Assembly (NCBI GenBank): GCA_964016885.1
Contig: OZ024744.1
Coordinates: 6,200,001 to 6,264,000 of the forward strand
Direction: 5' to 3'
Origin: Eledone cirrhosa
Lineage: Eukaryota
DNA length: 64,000 nucleotides
Shown piece after piece: positions 34,896 through 48,400 of the stretch (the first letter of the stretch is position 1; each line of letters begins with the position of its first letter). The notes below the pieces were generated by a model, which saw only the letters and a program-made list of their open reading frames with translations, was not told the origin of the DNA and did no database searches. The position numbers and the translations under genes were made by a program.

Positions 34896-37800
34896 TGGTA
34901 ACACGAAATGATTACCCCTTGGCGGATAAGGATAAAACGCGACAAAATAAAGTAAATGTCTAATGATAAAACCTCATACCGGATCGGCCGTCACCCGGGT
35001 AAAAAAGGGCCGCGTCCCTCAGAGAGGAACCAGACTGGGGTCGAAAAATCAGCTAATGGTTCAAACCTTCCCATCACTTCGGAGCTGGAGACCTCCCATA
35101 ACCGGAATACTCCTAATGTTGGCCCTCCATGCTCACCACCAAGAAATCCAAAGAAAAAGAGAGAAAAATGGTCAAGGGAAGATAATAAAGAAGTCCTTGA
35201 GGCTTTCTACACTGCCATGTACTACCCATCAAATACATCGAACACAGAACAAACATATATCAACTGGAAAAAGAAACATCCCGAAAACAGAGGCTATATA
35301 GACAGTAACAAACTAGCCAATATACGAAGAAATATTATAAGAAAAAAGTTACTAACTGATATAGAAATTGATCAGATCAAGCTACTAGCACAAAGTCAGT
35401 GAAGGGAAAATGAAGCATGTGTCAGTGAAAACGAGGTAAACTGTAACACTTCGAATCCCAGGGTTGGGGCCGAATCACTGGCAACAGAACAAATTAAAGA
35501 AAGGAGCGAAAAAGTGGAGGGAGTGCATGCTCAGGATGAAACTCCAAATGAAAATAATGAGATCGTAAATGATAAAGAAATGAATGAGAATGAACTTGCC
35601 AACTTGAAGGATGAAATTATGATCGAATGGATGAAAATGAAAGAATCTGACATGGGGGAACGAGACACCCTCCCTAAGATCCAGAACTCCAAACAGAACC
35701 AAAAGATAATACACAAGACTAACATAATTCTCAAAAACATTATCATCACAAACAAACTAAACATTACTGATTTAAATCATCTCTATTATGCATCGGCTAA
35801 AGTCACCACTCACTTATGTGGAGTGAAGATGAAAAAACAAAGGAATTCCCACAAGAAATCTACTTGGCAAGAGAACATCAATCGCCGAATAAACCTTCTC
35901 CGATCGGACATAGAAATTTTAACAAACTATAAAGTAGGCGAACATGTTAAACAAACTAAACTTAGAAAATTGAAAATAAAGTACAGTATAAGATCAACAT
36001 GTGACATAGATATGCTGATAGAAACAATCAAGCAAAAAGTGTCGGCCAAAGCTGCTCGTATAAGGCGCTTTGAAAAACGATCTAGATTCTATAAGAACTA
36101 TAATATGTTCAAAAACAACCAAAGAAACTTCTACAGAAAAATTGGTAAGTCAACAATAACTGCTAAATCAATACCACCCAAGGAGGAAGTGCAAGAATTC
36201 TGGGAAAAGATCTGGGCCGAAGAAAAAGTTCATAACATACATGCCCCATGGATAGACAGACAAATGAAAGAAACAGCTCACCTTGAAGAACAAACATGGG
36301 AAAATATAACAGTTGAACAGCTGCGCTTGGCTCTAAGAAAAACCAGCAAATGGAAATCCCCAGGAAAAGACAAAATACAAAACTTTTGGATAAATGCCTT
36401 CACAGAGTCTCATGAGCTGTTAGCCCAACTTTACAATGAAATAGTTAAGGAGCCAGAAAAGATACCATCATGGCTAGTTAACGGCATTACATTCCTGCTA
36501 ACGAAGAATGATGAGACAAACAATCCCCAAAATTACAGACCGATAACCTGCTTGACCACAATGTATAAAATTTTAACATCAGTCCTAACTGAATGCACAT
36601 ATGACCACCTGATAACAAATGACCTATTTCCCATTGAGCAGAAAGGGTGTAAACGAGGCTCATATGGCTGTAAGGATCAGCTTCTGGTTAACAAAATGAT
36701 ACTGGAAGATTGTCATAATAGACTATCGATTGCTTGGATAGATTATAAAAAAGCATTCGATAGTTTGCCACACAGTTGGATTGAAAAGTGTTTAGAGATT
36801 TTCAAAATATCCCCCGTTGTCAGGAGGTTTTTGTCATTCAGTATGAAGACATGGAAAACGACACTCCTTTTGAATAGTGAAAAAAAATCACTGGAAGCTG
36901 GAGAAGTTAATATTAATTGTGGAATTTTTCAGGGTGACTCTTTATCACCGCTTTTATTCTGCATCGCACTTATACCATTAAGTAAAATGCTCAATGAAAC
37001 AAAACATGGATATAACGTCTATGACAAAACCATTAATCACCTGTTCTACATGGATGACCTGAAACTATTTGCAAAAAATTATGAACAATTGCAAGGGCTA
37101 TTATCCACTGTGGAGCAGTTCAGTGATGACATTAACATGGAGTTTCGACTAGATAAATGCGCCAAAGCAACGTTCACCAGAGGAAAGCTGCTGAAGAGTT
37201 CAGACATTAATCTTGATCGGGGGAACGTGATAAGAGAACTTGATCAAGAAAAAACTTACAAATATCTAGGTGTTTGTGAAGGAGACGGAATCAAGCACTC
37301 GACAATGAGGGAAAGGATAAGGAAGGAATGTTACTGCAGAGTAAGAGCAATCTTAAGAACGGAATTGAATGCAAGGAATAGGATCGATGCCATAAACACG
37401 CTTGCCATACCAGTAGTAACCTACAGTTACAATGTCATCAACTGGTCAAGCACAAAGATCCGTAGGCTCGATACAAAAATCCGAAAATTCTTAACCATGC
37501 ACAGAATGCATCACCCTAAGGCAGACATAGATAGAATATATCTCCCTAGGAAAGAAGGAGGACGTGGGTTAATCCAGTTAGACATTGCGTTGAAAACTGC
37601 AACAATTGGATTATCTACATATCTAAAGGAATCACATGATTGGATGATCAAACTCGTTTTGAAACACGAAAGCATCAAAAGATCATATTCCATTACAAAA
37701 GATGCACAAAGATACAGTAATGGACTACAAATTTCAGAAGTCCCATTTACTGCTGAAATGGAAAACACAGAAAAAGCAAAGCAGGTAAAAGTAACTGCAA

Positions 37801-38766
37801 AGAAAGAACTGCTACAAAAACTGGCTAAGAAATGGCAAGAAAAGCCTCTGTATGGAAAATACCCAGAGCGAGCTAACAATCCTGATGTTGACAAAACTTT
37901 AACCCATCAGTGGTTGGCATCCCCGGGACTGAAATCGGAGACTGAAATCGGAGACTGAAATCGGAGACTGAAGGACTGATTATATCAGCACAACATCACT
38001 GTCTGCCAACAAAAAATTACCAAGCCAACATAATAAAAATTGGATGCAGCTCATTATGCCGTGTATGCAAAAAACAACCAGAGACCATTGACCATATAAT
38101 TTCAATGTGAAGTCCTATAGCTCCAACCGAATACCTAAACAGGCATGACAGAGCTGCACAATACATACATTGGATAATGTGTAAGCATTTTGACCTGCCC
38201 CATCAAAAGAATTGGTGGGAGCATCAACCACCTCCCATACTTGAAAAAATCACATCTCAATCTTGTGGAAATTTAGCATCCAAACAGACCGAAAAATAGA
38301 TGCAAATAGACCTGATATAATATTGAAGGACTTTAAAAAGAGGGTATGCCTGCTAATTGATATGTCTGTTCCAATAGACAAGAATGTATCTATAAAAACA
38401 TTTGAAAAATTGAGCAAGTATAAGGACCTGGAGATAGAAATTGGAAAAATGTGGAAATTGAGAACTAAAACAATACCAGTGGTTGTAGGCGCTCTGGGAA
38501 TGATACCTAAGGGGTCTAATGATTACTTATCGCAAATCCCAGGAAACCCGCGTATAGGAGAAATACAAAAGATAGTACTAATGGGAACTGCCGATATACT
38601 AAGGAAGATTCTGTCAATATAAGTACATCACAAGTCTAAACACTAAAGATGCATGTGTGAGTATGTATGTTCTTTCTTGAACATGGCGGACCTTGTTGTC
38701 TATTGAGGTCACTGGTTGTGACTTGGTGGTAACTCGTATGAACATAAAGCAAGATAAACGCAGCTG
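34896..38766 (+). mobile_element. Dong-1 copy c, near full-length; ORF 34956-38622 disrupted
   Basis: ORFs 34956-35402, 35514-37958 and 38263-38622. Has ~60 nt of 5' UTR. Ends in (TAA)n 38767-38788. Confidence 0.92.
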
Positions 38767-38788
38767 TAATAATAATAATAATAATAAT

Positions 38789-41700
38789 GCTTTCTTTATT
38801 AACCACAAGGGTTTACATAAAGTAGACATTAAGGACAGAACAGGACAATACAGGACGGTACTAATGGGCATTTCTGCGTGTAAAAAAACAGAGGATGTAA
38901 TAAAAATAACAATGTAACATTCCCCAATACGGGGAGACTTCCGAGTGACATTTGTGGAGAAAGCCCATTAAAAGGCCACAGTGACCCTGACCACCAGGGC
39001 AAGTGCCCTCTCCCAGTTTTCAACCTTTAATTTACAGGCACATACAGAGTAGGCCCATTCACTCGGGCCATTCTTGCCACTCTGACCCATCTTTCAACAA
39101 AATGCTGGGAAGAGAGCCCTTCCCTCTCTACCCTGATTTTCCTTTTCAAATGAAATTTGAAAAAGTTAATCAGGGCATCACAGAAGAGGTAAGTGCTCGT
39201 CTTCAGCCCTTTCAAACGTGTCCACCATACTATCTCTTTCGCCATGGCCACCAGACAGATAAAAACTGCCTGCCCTTCCCGGCTAAAGGAAGGGGGCGGG
39301 GCAATCCTCACGATGGACTCAGATGATAGCCGGATCCGTCCTACACGTGACAGCAGGTGTTCGACGTAAACCCACAAGTCAGCAATACTTGGACACTGGA
39401 CGAGTGCGTGCAGGACGGTTTCGTCGCCCTGCGCGCATCTCGGACATGCCCGGCTGACGGCACCTCCATGCCTGTAGAGTTTATCCCGAACTGGCAAAGC
39501 TCCTCGGTAGCACTGCCAGGCCTGGGATTTCTGGAAGTTGTCCAGAGGCCCCGGCCCGAAAGTTCTTCCGAAGAGATTGGCTAGTTGATTTTCGTCGACG
39601 CCTAGAGTTTCTCCAAGTACGTCGTCGCTCTTCGCCTCCACTAATCCTCTATAGAACGCCAAGGTGGAGTTTCCACCGATCACATTGCCCGATTGGTCGA
39701 GGGCTGTGAGCGCCAGAAGACAGTCTCCAAGCGCTCCCTCTCGGTCTTCGCTTGATTCAGGTCTGCAGCTCCGTCAAGAAGACGAGATGGGGAAAGACGC
39801 GTCTAGCAAACGGAGACCACAGCTGATCACCCTCGAGGAAGAGGTGGAGATGTCGTAGCCTGTGCGCGTGTCTGCGCATCATCAGCCACGGCATGCCCAG
39901 CCCTCCATGTAGCGGGTGTTGACAGCAGATGGACCGTCTGACCATCGGAGCGCGTCCTTTCCACAAAAAGCGAAAGAGCAAACGCTCCAACGCAGTCAGG
40001 CGGGGCTTAGGACAAGGTACGACGGTCAGGCGGTAGTAGGTAACGGACGCGATGTACGCGTTAGCCACCTCCGCTCGACCTTTCAGGGATAGCTTCCTCT
40101 CCGCCCATTTCTGGGTGAGAAAAGCCACCCAGCTCGTCACCTCATCCCAGTTTTTGTCCGTCTGGAGGTCCGGACCGAACCAGACCCCTAGCAATTTAAC
40201 CGGTCCGTCCGTCCAGCGCCCGACAACGCTGTTGGACGGCATGGACCTGCCTCTCCAGGTGCCGAGCTGCAGGCCCACTGACTTTTTCTGGTTGATCTTT
40301 GCTCCTGTCACCGCTTCGTATTCTCTTAGTGTAGTGCCGATCGCCTCGATGTGTTTGGCGTTCGACACCACTACAGTGACATCGTCCGCATAGACTGACA
40401 CGGATCTTCCGCATCCTAGTTCGCCTGGAACCCCTCTCAACGTCTCCAGTTTGTGCAGTAATGACTCGAGAGTCAATACATACAAGAGGGACGAGAGGGG
40501 ACATCCTTGGCGGACCGAGCGCATGATGTTGAACGGTTCCGAAAGGTGATCGTTCACTCTCACCACAGAGCAGATGTCGCTGTGCATGGCAGCGATCCAG
40601 CCTCTGAAGACGGGCCCAAAGCCAGCCGCCCTCAGGACTGCCGCTAGGTAACGATGGTCGACCCTATCAAAAGTTTTCGACTGATCTAAATTGATCAAAG
40701 ACCCACCCATGCCAGGTTCCCTAGCTACCCTCTCTACGATGTATCGCATGAGGTGAAGGTTGTCGTGGATGGATCTGTCGGGAATGGCGCATGTCTACCC
40801 CTCTCCCACCAGACCACCAACGACAAGCGCCAACCTCTTTGACAAAATCATGAACTCTGTTTTTATTAGAGTTATGAGCCTGAAATTATCTATGTTATCC
40901 CCCTTGTTCGGATCCTTTCTCAGAAGCGGCACACAGAGCTGGGAATTCTCCCGTTCTGTTGCCAGTTGCAGTAGACGTCCGCCAAGAGGCCTCCGAGCAA
41001 GTCTGGCATCTGTACGTAAAGTTCATAGGGCAGACCATCCAAACCAGGCGATTAACCCCTTGTGCAGCCAGTCATTGCCTCCCGTACTTCAACGGCTGTT
41101 ATCGGCTTTTCGCAACACTCCGCCTCAGTGGCCGAGAGCTCCGGCAGTCCGTCGAGGGAGACACTAAAGTTCATCCCTCGATCTGGCCCGCCTTTGCCCT
41201 CGAACAGCTGATCGAAGTGTCGCTGAAAAGCTTTACACATTTGCCCGGGATAGAGTAGCATGCGCCCGTTGTGGTCCACCAAAGACCGGATCGTGGCTTT
41301 GTTGCCACGACGCGCCTCCGCCACTCGGGCCCATTGAACGGCTTTCGTCCCCTCGTGTCTGAGATCACGCACCCTAGCTCTGACAACGCAGCCTTCGTGC
41401 TTTGCATTGAAGAATTGGTCAAGGGCCAATTTCGCCGCAAGTACGTCGGTCGCGATGCCTTTGTAAAGCGCCACGGCTAATTTTCTAACTAGTTCTCCCT
41501 CTGCTCTATTTTTCTCTATTACTAAAGCCTTACTAAACCTAATAGACTCTATTCTAATTGCTCTTTTCAGAGCAAACCACCACTTGTTGTTGACGATGGC
41601 CCCCGTCAACGCCCGCTTAACTAGTTCGCTAATCCGGTCTCTGTAGGCCTTGCGCGCTGGTAAGGATGCGTTTAGCTTCCAGTAGCCGGGTCCTCGTCTA

Positions 41701-44523
41701 TGAAGCCTATCTAATTCAAGCACACAGATCACGAATTTGTGGTCCGTGTAGCTGACTATCTTGAATTGTGGACAGCCTATGCTAGACCTATCTATTTCCC
41801 TACAAAATACTCTATCTAGATCTGATCTGGATGACCCTATATGATTTGTCCAAGTCCACATTGGCACATTCGGGAAATCCAATCGGTACCTGTCAGACAG
41901 TTCAAAACGCCTGAGAAGGTTGGTGAGGCTCTTGCACCCTCCACCCCTATCCGCTAATCCCACACAGTCCCAGCGTGCATCTAAGATCCCATTCCAGTCG
42001 CCCACTAACACTAAAGAGCGGGACGTTCCAAGAAAGGTCTCCAGACGCCGGAAGAAATAAGGCCGCCCTGCTCCTGTCGGGGCATAGACGGCCACTAGCC
42101 AGAAAGCTTGCCCGTCTCCGCTGGTCACGTCCAGCACCACCAACTTATCTTCTGGGTCCAGGAAGATGGCCCGTATGGCGAGATCCAAACCTCTCCGAAA
42201 AAGCACAGCAACTCCTCCCTCGATCCAGGACTACTGGGAGATGCGTACACATCGTAGCCACCGAAGATCGGTGCGAAGGCCCGTGCTTCGGAGATTCTGG
42301 TCTCGCTGATGGCCACTACATCTATGTTTAAAACCTGATGTCCTTCAGCAGGTGGCCCTGCTTCCATGACGACCCCAAGCCACGTGCATTCATGCTGCCT
42401 ATTCTGAGTGAGGTCATGTTGAAATGGAGTGGAAAAGATGGGAAATACCACTTACCTTACTTCTCGTAGAGGAAGGATGGTTTCTCCATCCTTTTCACTG
42501 CTTGTGGCCTCCTCCGGAAGGATGTCCTTATAAATCCTCCTGGAGAGTGCTTGTCGGAAGTCTCCGATGTCTTTGGGGAATTTTTGTTTTAGTGTCGTGT
42601 ACGTTTTGTGTGTGATGCGAGTGATTTGTATGTGTGGAGGCGGTGTGAACTTTTGGGTTGTTGTGTAGTCTTTTTCTGTGATGCTGGTGTTGTGTTGGAT
42701 GTAGTGTAATAATTGGTTGTTGTTCAAATTTAATGCTGTGTAGTGTGTATCGTTTTGGTTGTTTTGTTTTGTTTGCGTTTGTTGTGGGTTTGTTTCTGTT
42801 TCGCTTTTTGGAGACTATTGTGGTGTTGGTGATGGTGGTGTTGGGGTTAATGATGGTGATGGTGTTGGTGTTTGTGGTGATGGGGTTGTTGATGCTGGTG
42901 TGGATGGTGACATAACTGTTCTAACTGTTTTGTTTGATAGTTTATTTGTTTCCCTCTGTATTTTGTTTTTGGAGGAGGAGGGAAGAGAATTTTTTCTATT
43001 TTGGTTTCTTTTTTTCTTTTTTCCTGATACCGTTTCCCACTCCTTGTCGTCACAATCTGTCTCCAGTTGTGATAGGCCGGGGAGTGGAAAATCCTCCACA
43101 GGCGTTGGTTTTGATTGTGGCGTGGTGGATGGTGGATGCGCTGGTGCTAGTTCTGGCGCGTTGGGTGGTGGTGGTGTTGGTTTTGCTACTGTTGCTGGGG
43201 TTGTTGCTGTTACAGTTGCTTCTGTTGTTGCTGCTACAGTTGTTGCTGCCATCTCTACTGCTGGTGGTGTTGATGGTTGAGTCACTGGGGTGGGTAAGAG
43301 GGGTGGCCTCAACCTTTTAGCCTGAGGGCAGAAAGCCCTTAGGTGGGTTCCTTCACCACAAACGACACACCTTGGTCTTCTGCCCTCAACGATTACGGTG
43401 AGGTGGCTGCCGTCAGTGAGGTCTATTACCTCTGGGATCTCCTCAATGCTTTTATTGTCCGCTTCGATCAGGAGCTCCATTCCAGATCCGGACCAGTTCT
43501 CCTGCTTTTCTTTCGCTATTTCGATTATCTTGGTGTTGGCTTCGATGCCGGCGAGGACGGCAGCCATTAGCCAGGGAATTTCGATGGCCGGTGGAACGTG
43601 GGTCACTCTGATCTTCACGAGTCTCTGGCCACAATAGCTTGGGACGAGTGTGAAGTCGTCACTTCTTAATGGGGCCATGGAGTGTTCTCTGGCCTCCTTT
43701 GGCGTTTCAAAGAACACGTCCACGGTTCCATATTTCTGCCCACGTCTGATGTGGGTTTTTTCTGCCCACACATGTCCCAAAGCTTTTTGGATTTGGGACT
43801 CGGATGCCCGTTCCACTCGGCGCGATTTTATGTTAATCGTCCGATAAGACACAGTGCATAGGCGCCGATGGTCCATTTTATTAGGTGGGGGTGAGGGGGG
43901 ATGAGGCTGACCCGTACCCATCTTTCTTTACCATTTTTTTGGCTTCTTCTATTTCCTCCTGAGTTACCTGGAATGCTTCGCACTCTTTTGCTACTCTGGC
44001 AAAACTCAGGGTGGTTTTCTTAATTTCATTGTTGCTGTTGTTGTTATCGTTATTTTTGTTATTGTTAATTTTAGTTTCAGTTGTGGTGGTGGTGGCGTCA
44101 GTGGTGTTCGGTGTGGAAGAATTCATTTTGGTTGAATTCATTTCGATATCACGAGTTAATTTATTTTTTTCTTTTGTTTCTGTTGTCGCTGTAGTGGTGG
44201 TGGGGGTGGCGGCTTTAACACCTGCAGTCATTGGTAATGGCGGGAAATGAATGTCTGCCTGAGACAAATTTAAAATATTGCTACTGCTTATATTTTTAGT
44301 GTTGGCAAACGTAGTAATATTTACAATGGTGGTGTCGGTGTGAGGTGTTAGTTTGTGAGGAAGGTGTGACTCTGAGTCATCCATGATTTTTTTCAAATAA
44401 ATTTTTGTTTGATAATTATAAAAGTTTAAATTTTGGGTTCAAGGCCCCAATCTTTTTGAGTTTCCTTTTCAGAAATCAATGTATGTGCACTTATATACAG
44501 TTAACAATAAAAAATGTTCCATA
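38789..44523 (-). mobile_element. Tx1-A copy A3 (diverged variant), slightly 5'-truncated, disrupted ORFs
   Basis: ORF1 42452-44231 and ORF2 ~39027-42417 in pieces. AATAAAGAAAGC then (ATT)n. Similarity to the A2 5' UTR stops at ~44523. Confidence 0.92.
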
Positions 44524-44984
44524 CTCAGAGATGAATAGTGTACTTGACACCACACAGTGTCACAACATCCAACTCATAGTGTGTTGGACATAGTCAGAAC
44601 ATCTCACTCATCAAAGACTGTGTTGTTGTGCAAGAGTTTCATCACCTACATTTGTAGGTGGCTCACCGGGTAGTTCTGATGTCGGGGTGGAAGAGGTCGT
44701 ATTTGTAGGGTGGCTCACCGGGTAGTTCTGATATCGGGATGGAAAAGGCTGTAACACTTACAGGGTTACTTCACCGCCTGATGAGATATCGGGTCCTGCA
44801 TGTAGAGATGGAGCAAGGCAGCATTTTCGGCACACAGGTGTGTTTACCAAGTATAGGATAAAGGTCCTCAAACTCCATGTGGGGTCGTAGAGGTACCGTC
44901 ATACGGCGTGACTAGGGCATTTGTTTAAACCCGGTGGAGCCCAACCTTCTCCAGGTCTGAACACAGTACTGGACTGCTGCTTCT

Positions 44985-45118
44985 TGTATCGACCTTGAAA
45001 GGCTGAAAGGCAAAGTTGACTACGGTGGGATTTGAACTCAGAGTATGCAATGAGGTGGGACGAATACCGTAAATCATTCTATCCGAGGGTTTAACGACTC
45101 TGCCAATTTGTCGCCTTA
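44985..45118 (-). mobile_element. tRNA-derived SINE
   Basis: Minus strand: A-box-like TGGCAGAGTCG, B-box GAGTTCAAATCCC, then the GTCAACTTTGCCTTTCA core. Same family as 62236-62695. Confidence 0.7.
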
Positions 45119-45308
45119 TACCAAGTATAAGAGATTTTAAAGGGGAAATAACTCATTTCATGCGAATCATTTATATCTCAACTATAATTACACTGTTAAA
45201 TTAAACCCGGCCCTTTAGGGATATAACAAAAAAAATACATGCTGTTTGATATGTATGTATTTGATCAATATGACGATGAGGAAACCAGAAAAAACCGATA
45301 ATATCGAC

Positions 45309-45349
45309 CTGATGAATCAATATGCTATACATATTGAAGAAACTTTGCC
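45309..45349 (+). ncRNA. Degenerate hammerhead-like motif
   Basis: CTGATGA-a-TCAATATG-ctata-CATATTGA-a-GAAAC-ttt-GCC. Perfect 8-bp stem II, but the cleavage triplet is not canonical. Confidence 0.4.
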
Positions 45350-45414
45350 ATATTAATATGTCAATATAACAGTGAAAGTGCATGGCTTAATTGTTAGGGG
45401 TATATAGATAGATA

Positions 45415-48400
45415 TATTTCTTTATTTACCATGAAGGCATAAAAAGAAGGGACAAATACAAAGGGGGAGTTTACATAAAACCGAGTAAAAAGGGTATAAA
45501 ATGAAAATAATCGAAAATAACCTCAAAAGGGAGGGGACGTGATGGGGGTTGCACACACCCCCGAAAAAGTGTGCAATCGTTTGCCCGGGGTGCACGTGGA
45601 GAAGGTGCTCACCTCTCCTTCACTTCTTTACCTACAGGATGGTATACAGAGAAGACCCATTTACACGAGCCATTCTCGCCACTATCACCCACCTTTCATA
45701 AAACTGCCTGTGGCCAAGCACCTCTCTCTCCATTCTTATCCTTCTTCCGAAGTGATATTGGAAGAAGTAGACCAGACTAAGGCCAGAGAGGAAGTTGCCT
45801 GACCTCAGACCTTTCGATCGTGTCCACCAAACAACCTCTTTCAACATGGCTATTACGCACTGAAAAACCGCCTTTGCTTCCTTTGTGAAGAGGGAAGGCG
45901 GCTTGATTGTCATCACAGACTCGGCGGTCAATCGAATCGGCGCCACCCGCGACAGCAGTCGTTCGGCGTAGCCCCACAGATCAGCCACGCCCGGACATTG
46001 CACCAATGCGTGCGCAACGGTTTCTTCGTGACACACGCATCTAGGGCAAATCTTTTTCGAGAGATCCCTGCCCGGGCGCCCGTGTCTGTAGAGCCTCTAT
46101 CGAACGGGTAGAGCCCCCCGGTAGCACTGCCAGGCTAGTGACTTCTGGAAGTTGTCCATTGGTTCCGGGCCGAAAGTCCTACTGAACAGGCTGGCCAGCT
46201 CGTCCTCCTCCATGTCCAGCGACTCTCCAAGGGTGTTATCGCCCCTGCTAGCCACCAGCCCTCTATAGAATGATGAGGTGGATTCTCTACCGATGGCCGG
46301 GCCCGCTTGCCAGAGAGCCCTGAGCGCCTGGGCACACTCAGTGTGCCAGTCTCCCAGTTTTCCGGATCTTTGCTTGACCCAGGACTACAACTCGGTGAGC
46401 GAGACGAGTCTCGGAAAGGCTCGTTTCACGAACGGAGCCCACACCGGTTGACCAGTAAGGAATACCTGTAGGTGCCGTAGCCTTAATGCGTGCCTACGCA
46501 TCATCAACCACGGCATCCCCAGCCCTCCTTTCGAAGGTTGTTGGCAGCACTTGGATCTTCTCACCATAGGAGGGCGCTTCTTCCAAAGAAATTGGAAGAG
46601 CATGCGTTCCATGGTGGTGAGTGTTTCCTTAGGGCAAGGCACGACAGTCAGGCGGTAGTAAGTGACGGACGCTATGTAAATGTTCGCCACCTCCGCCCAA
46701 CCTTTTAGGGACAGCTTACACTTGGCCCATTTCTGGATTAGTGCAAACACCTTGTTCGTAACTTCGTCCCAGTTCTTTTCCACCTGGAGGTCCGGTCCAA
46801 ACCAGACTCCAAGCAACTTCACCGGGCCCTCCGTCCAGTGTCCGACGACACCGTCGGGAGGTATCGGTCTGCCTCTCCACGTTCCGAGTTGCAGCCCGAT
46901 GGATTTTTCCCGGTTCAGTTATGCTCCTGACAACCTTTCGTAATCCTCCAGTAAGGTACCGATCGCCTCGATCTCCGAGTCGGTCGATACCATTACTGTT
47001 ACGTCATCGGCGTAGGCCGACACCGCTTTGCTCAATCCTGGTTCCAGGGGGATACCCTGCAACAACTCTAACTTCCTCAGTAAAGGCTCGAGAGTCAATA
47101 CGTACAGAAGGGAGGAGAGACGGCACCCCTGTCGAATGGATCGTGTGATTTCGAACGGCTTCGAAAGGTAGCCGTTCACCTTGATCCTAGAACAGATGTG
47201 GTTGCTATGTAAGGCAGTGATCCAGCCTCTGAAAACAGGACCGAACCCAGCCGCCGCTAGCACCGCATCCAGGTAACCATGGTCGACCCTATCGAATGCC
47301 TTAGACTGATCCAAGTTGATCAGGGCCCCACCGAAGCCGGGTTTGTTGCCAACCCTCTCTATGATGTATCGCATGAGGTGGAGGTTATCGTGAATGGACC
47401 TGGATGGGATAGCACATGTCTGCGCATCTCCCACCAGGCCACCCACGACAAGCGCCAACCTCTTTGCTAACACCTTGGCCAAAATCTTTAACTCTGTGTT
47501 TAGCAGGGTTATGGGCCGAAAATTATTTATACTATCCCCCTTGTTCTCGTCCTTCCTCACCAGCGAGACTACGCCCTTGGCTACAGAACAAGGAATTCTC
47601 CCGTTCTGCTGCCAATTGCAGTAGACCGCTTCGAGGAGTTCGGAGAAGAAGACCGGCATTGCTAAATAAAGTTCGTAAGGTATACCATCGAGACCTGGAG
47701 ATTTGCGTCTGCTGCATTGGCTCAGCGCATCCCCGATCTCATCAGCCGAGAGACGCGGCAGGCCGTCGAGGTATAGACCGAAATCCACGTCCCCGCCCGC
47801 ACCCTCGCCTCCCCCGAATAATCGGGCAAAGTGCCTTTGAAAGGCCTCGCACATCTGGTTAGGCTCCCGGATTACCCGTCCATCCTTGTCTTGCAAAGAC
47901 CGGATGGTGGATCGATTTCCACTCTTAGCTTCTGTCACGCGGGCCCAGCCAACGGCTTTGGCCCCCTCATTACCTAGAGAACGTATTTTACTTCGAATGA
48001 CGCAGCCTTCGTGCTTTGCATCGAAAAACTGGCTCAAGGCCGTCCTCGATGCCAGCACTCTGGCCACATCTTCGCTCTTGATTGCCTCTTCTAATTTACC
48101 TGTTAATTCTTTCTCGTTTCTATTCCTATCGACAGCTAACATCTTGCTATAACTTATTGATTCTGTTCTAATCTCTCTTTTGAGAGATGCCCACCATCGG
48201 TTGTTGACGATTGCACCCGTCAACCTCTCCTTAACTAGTCTGCTAATCCGGTTTCTGTAAGTCTCTTTTGCCGGTAAAGACAAATTAAGTTTCCAGTAAC
48301 CGGGACCCTGTTTATGTGTTTTCTCGAGATTGACTGCGCAGGTCACTAATTTGTGATCCATATAGCCAACCGTGAGCATTTCTGGACAGCTTAATATGTC

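Noticed and set aside
44778-44830. Hammerhead at CTGATGAG
   Set aside because: No stem II closed by GAAA follows.
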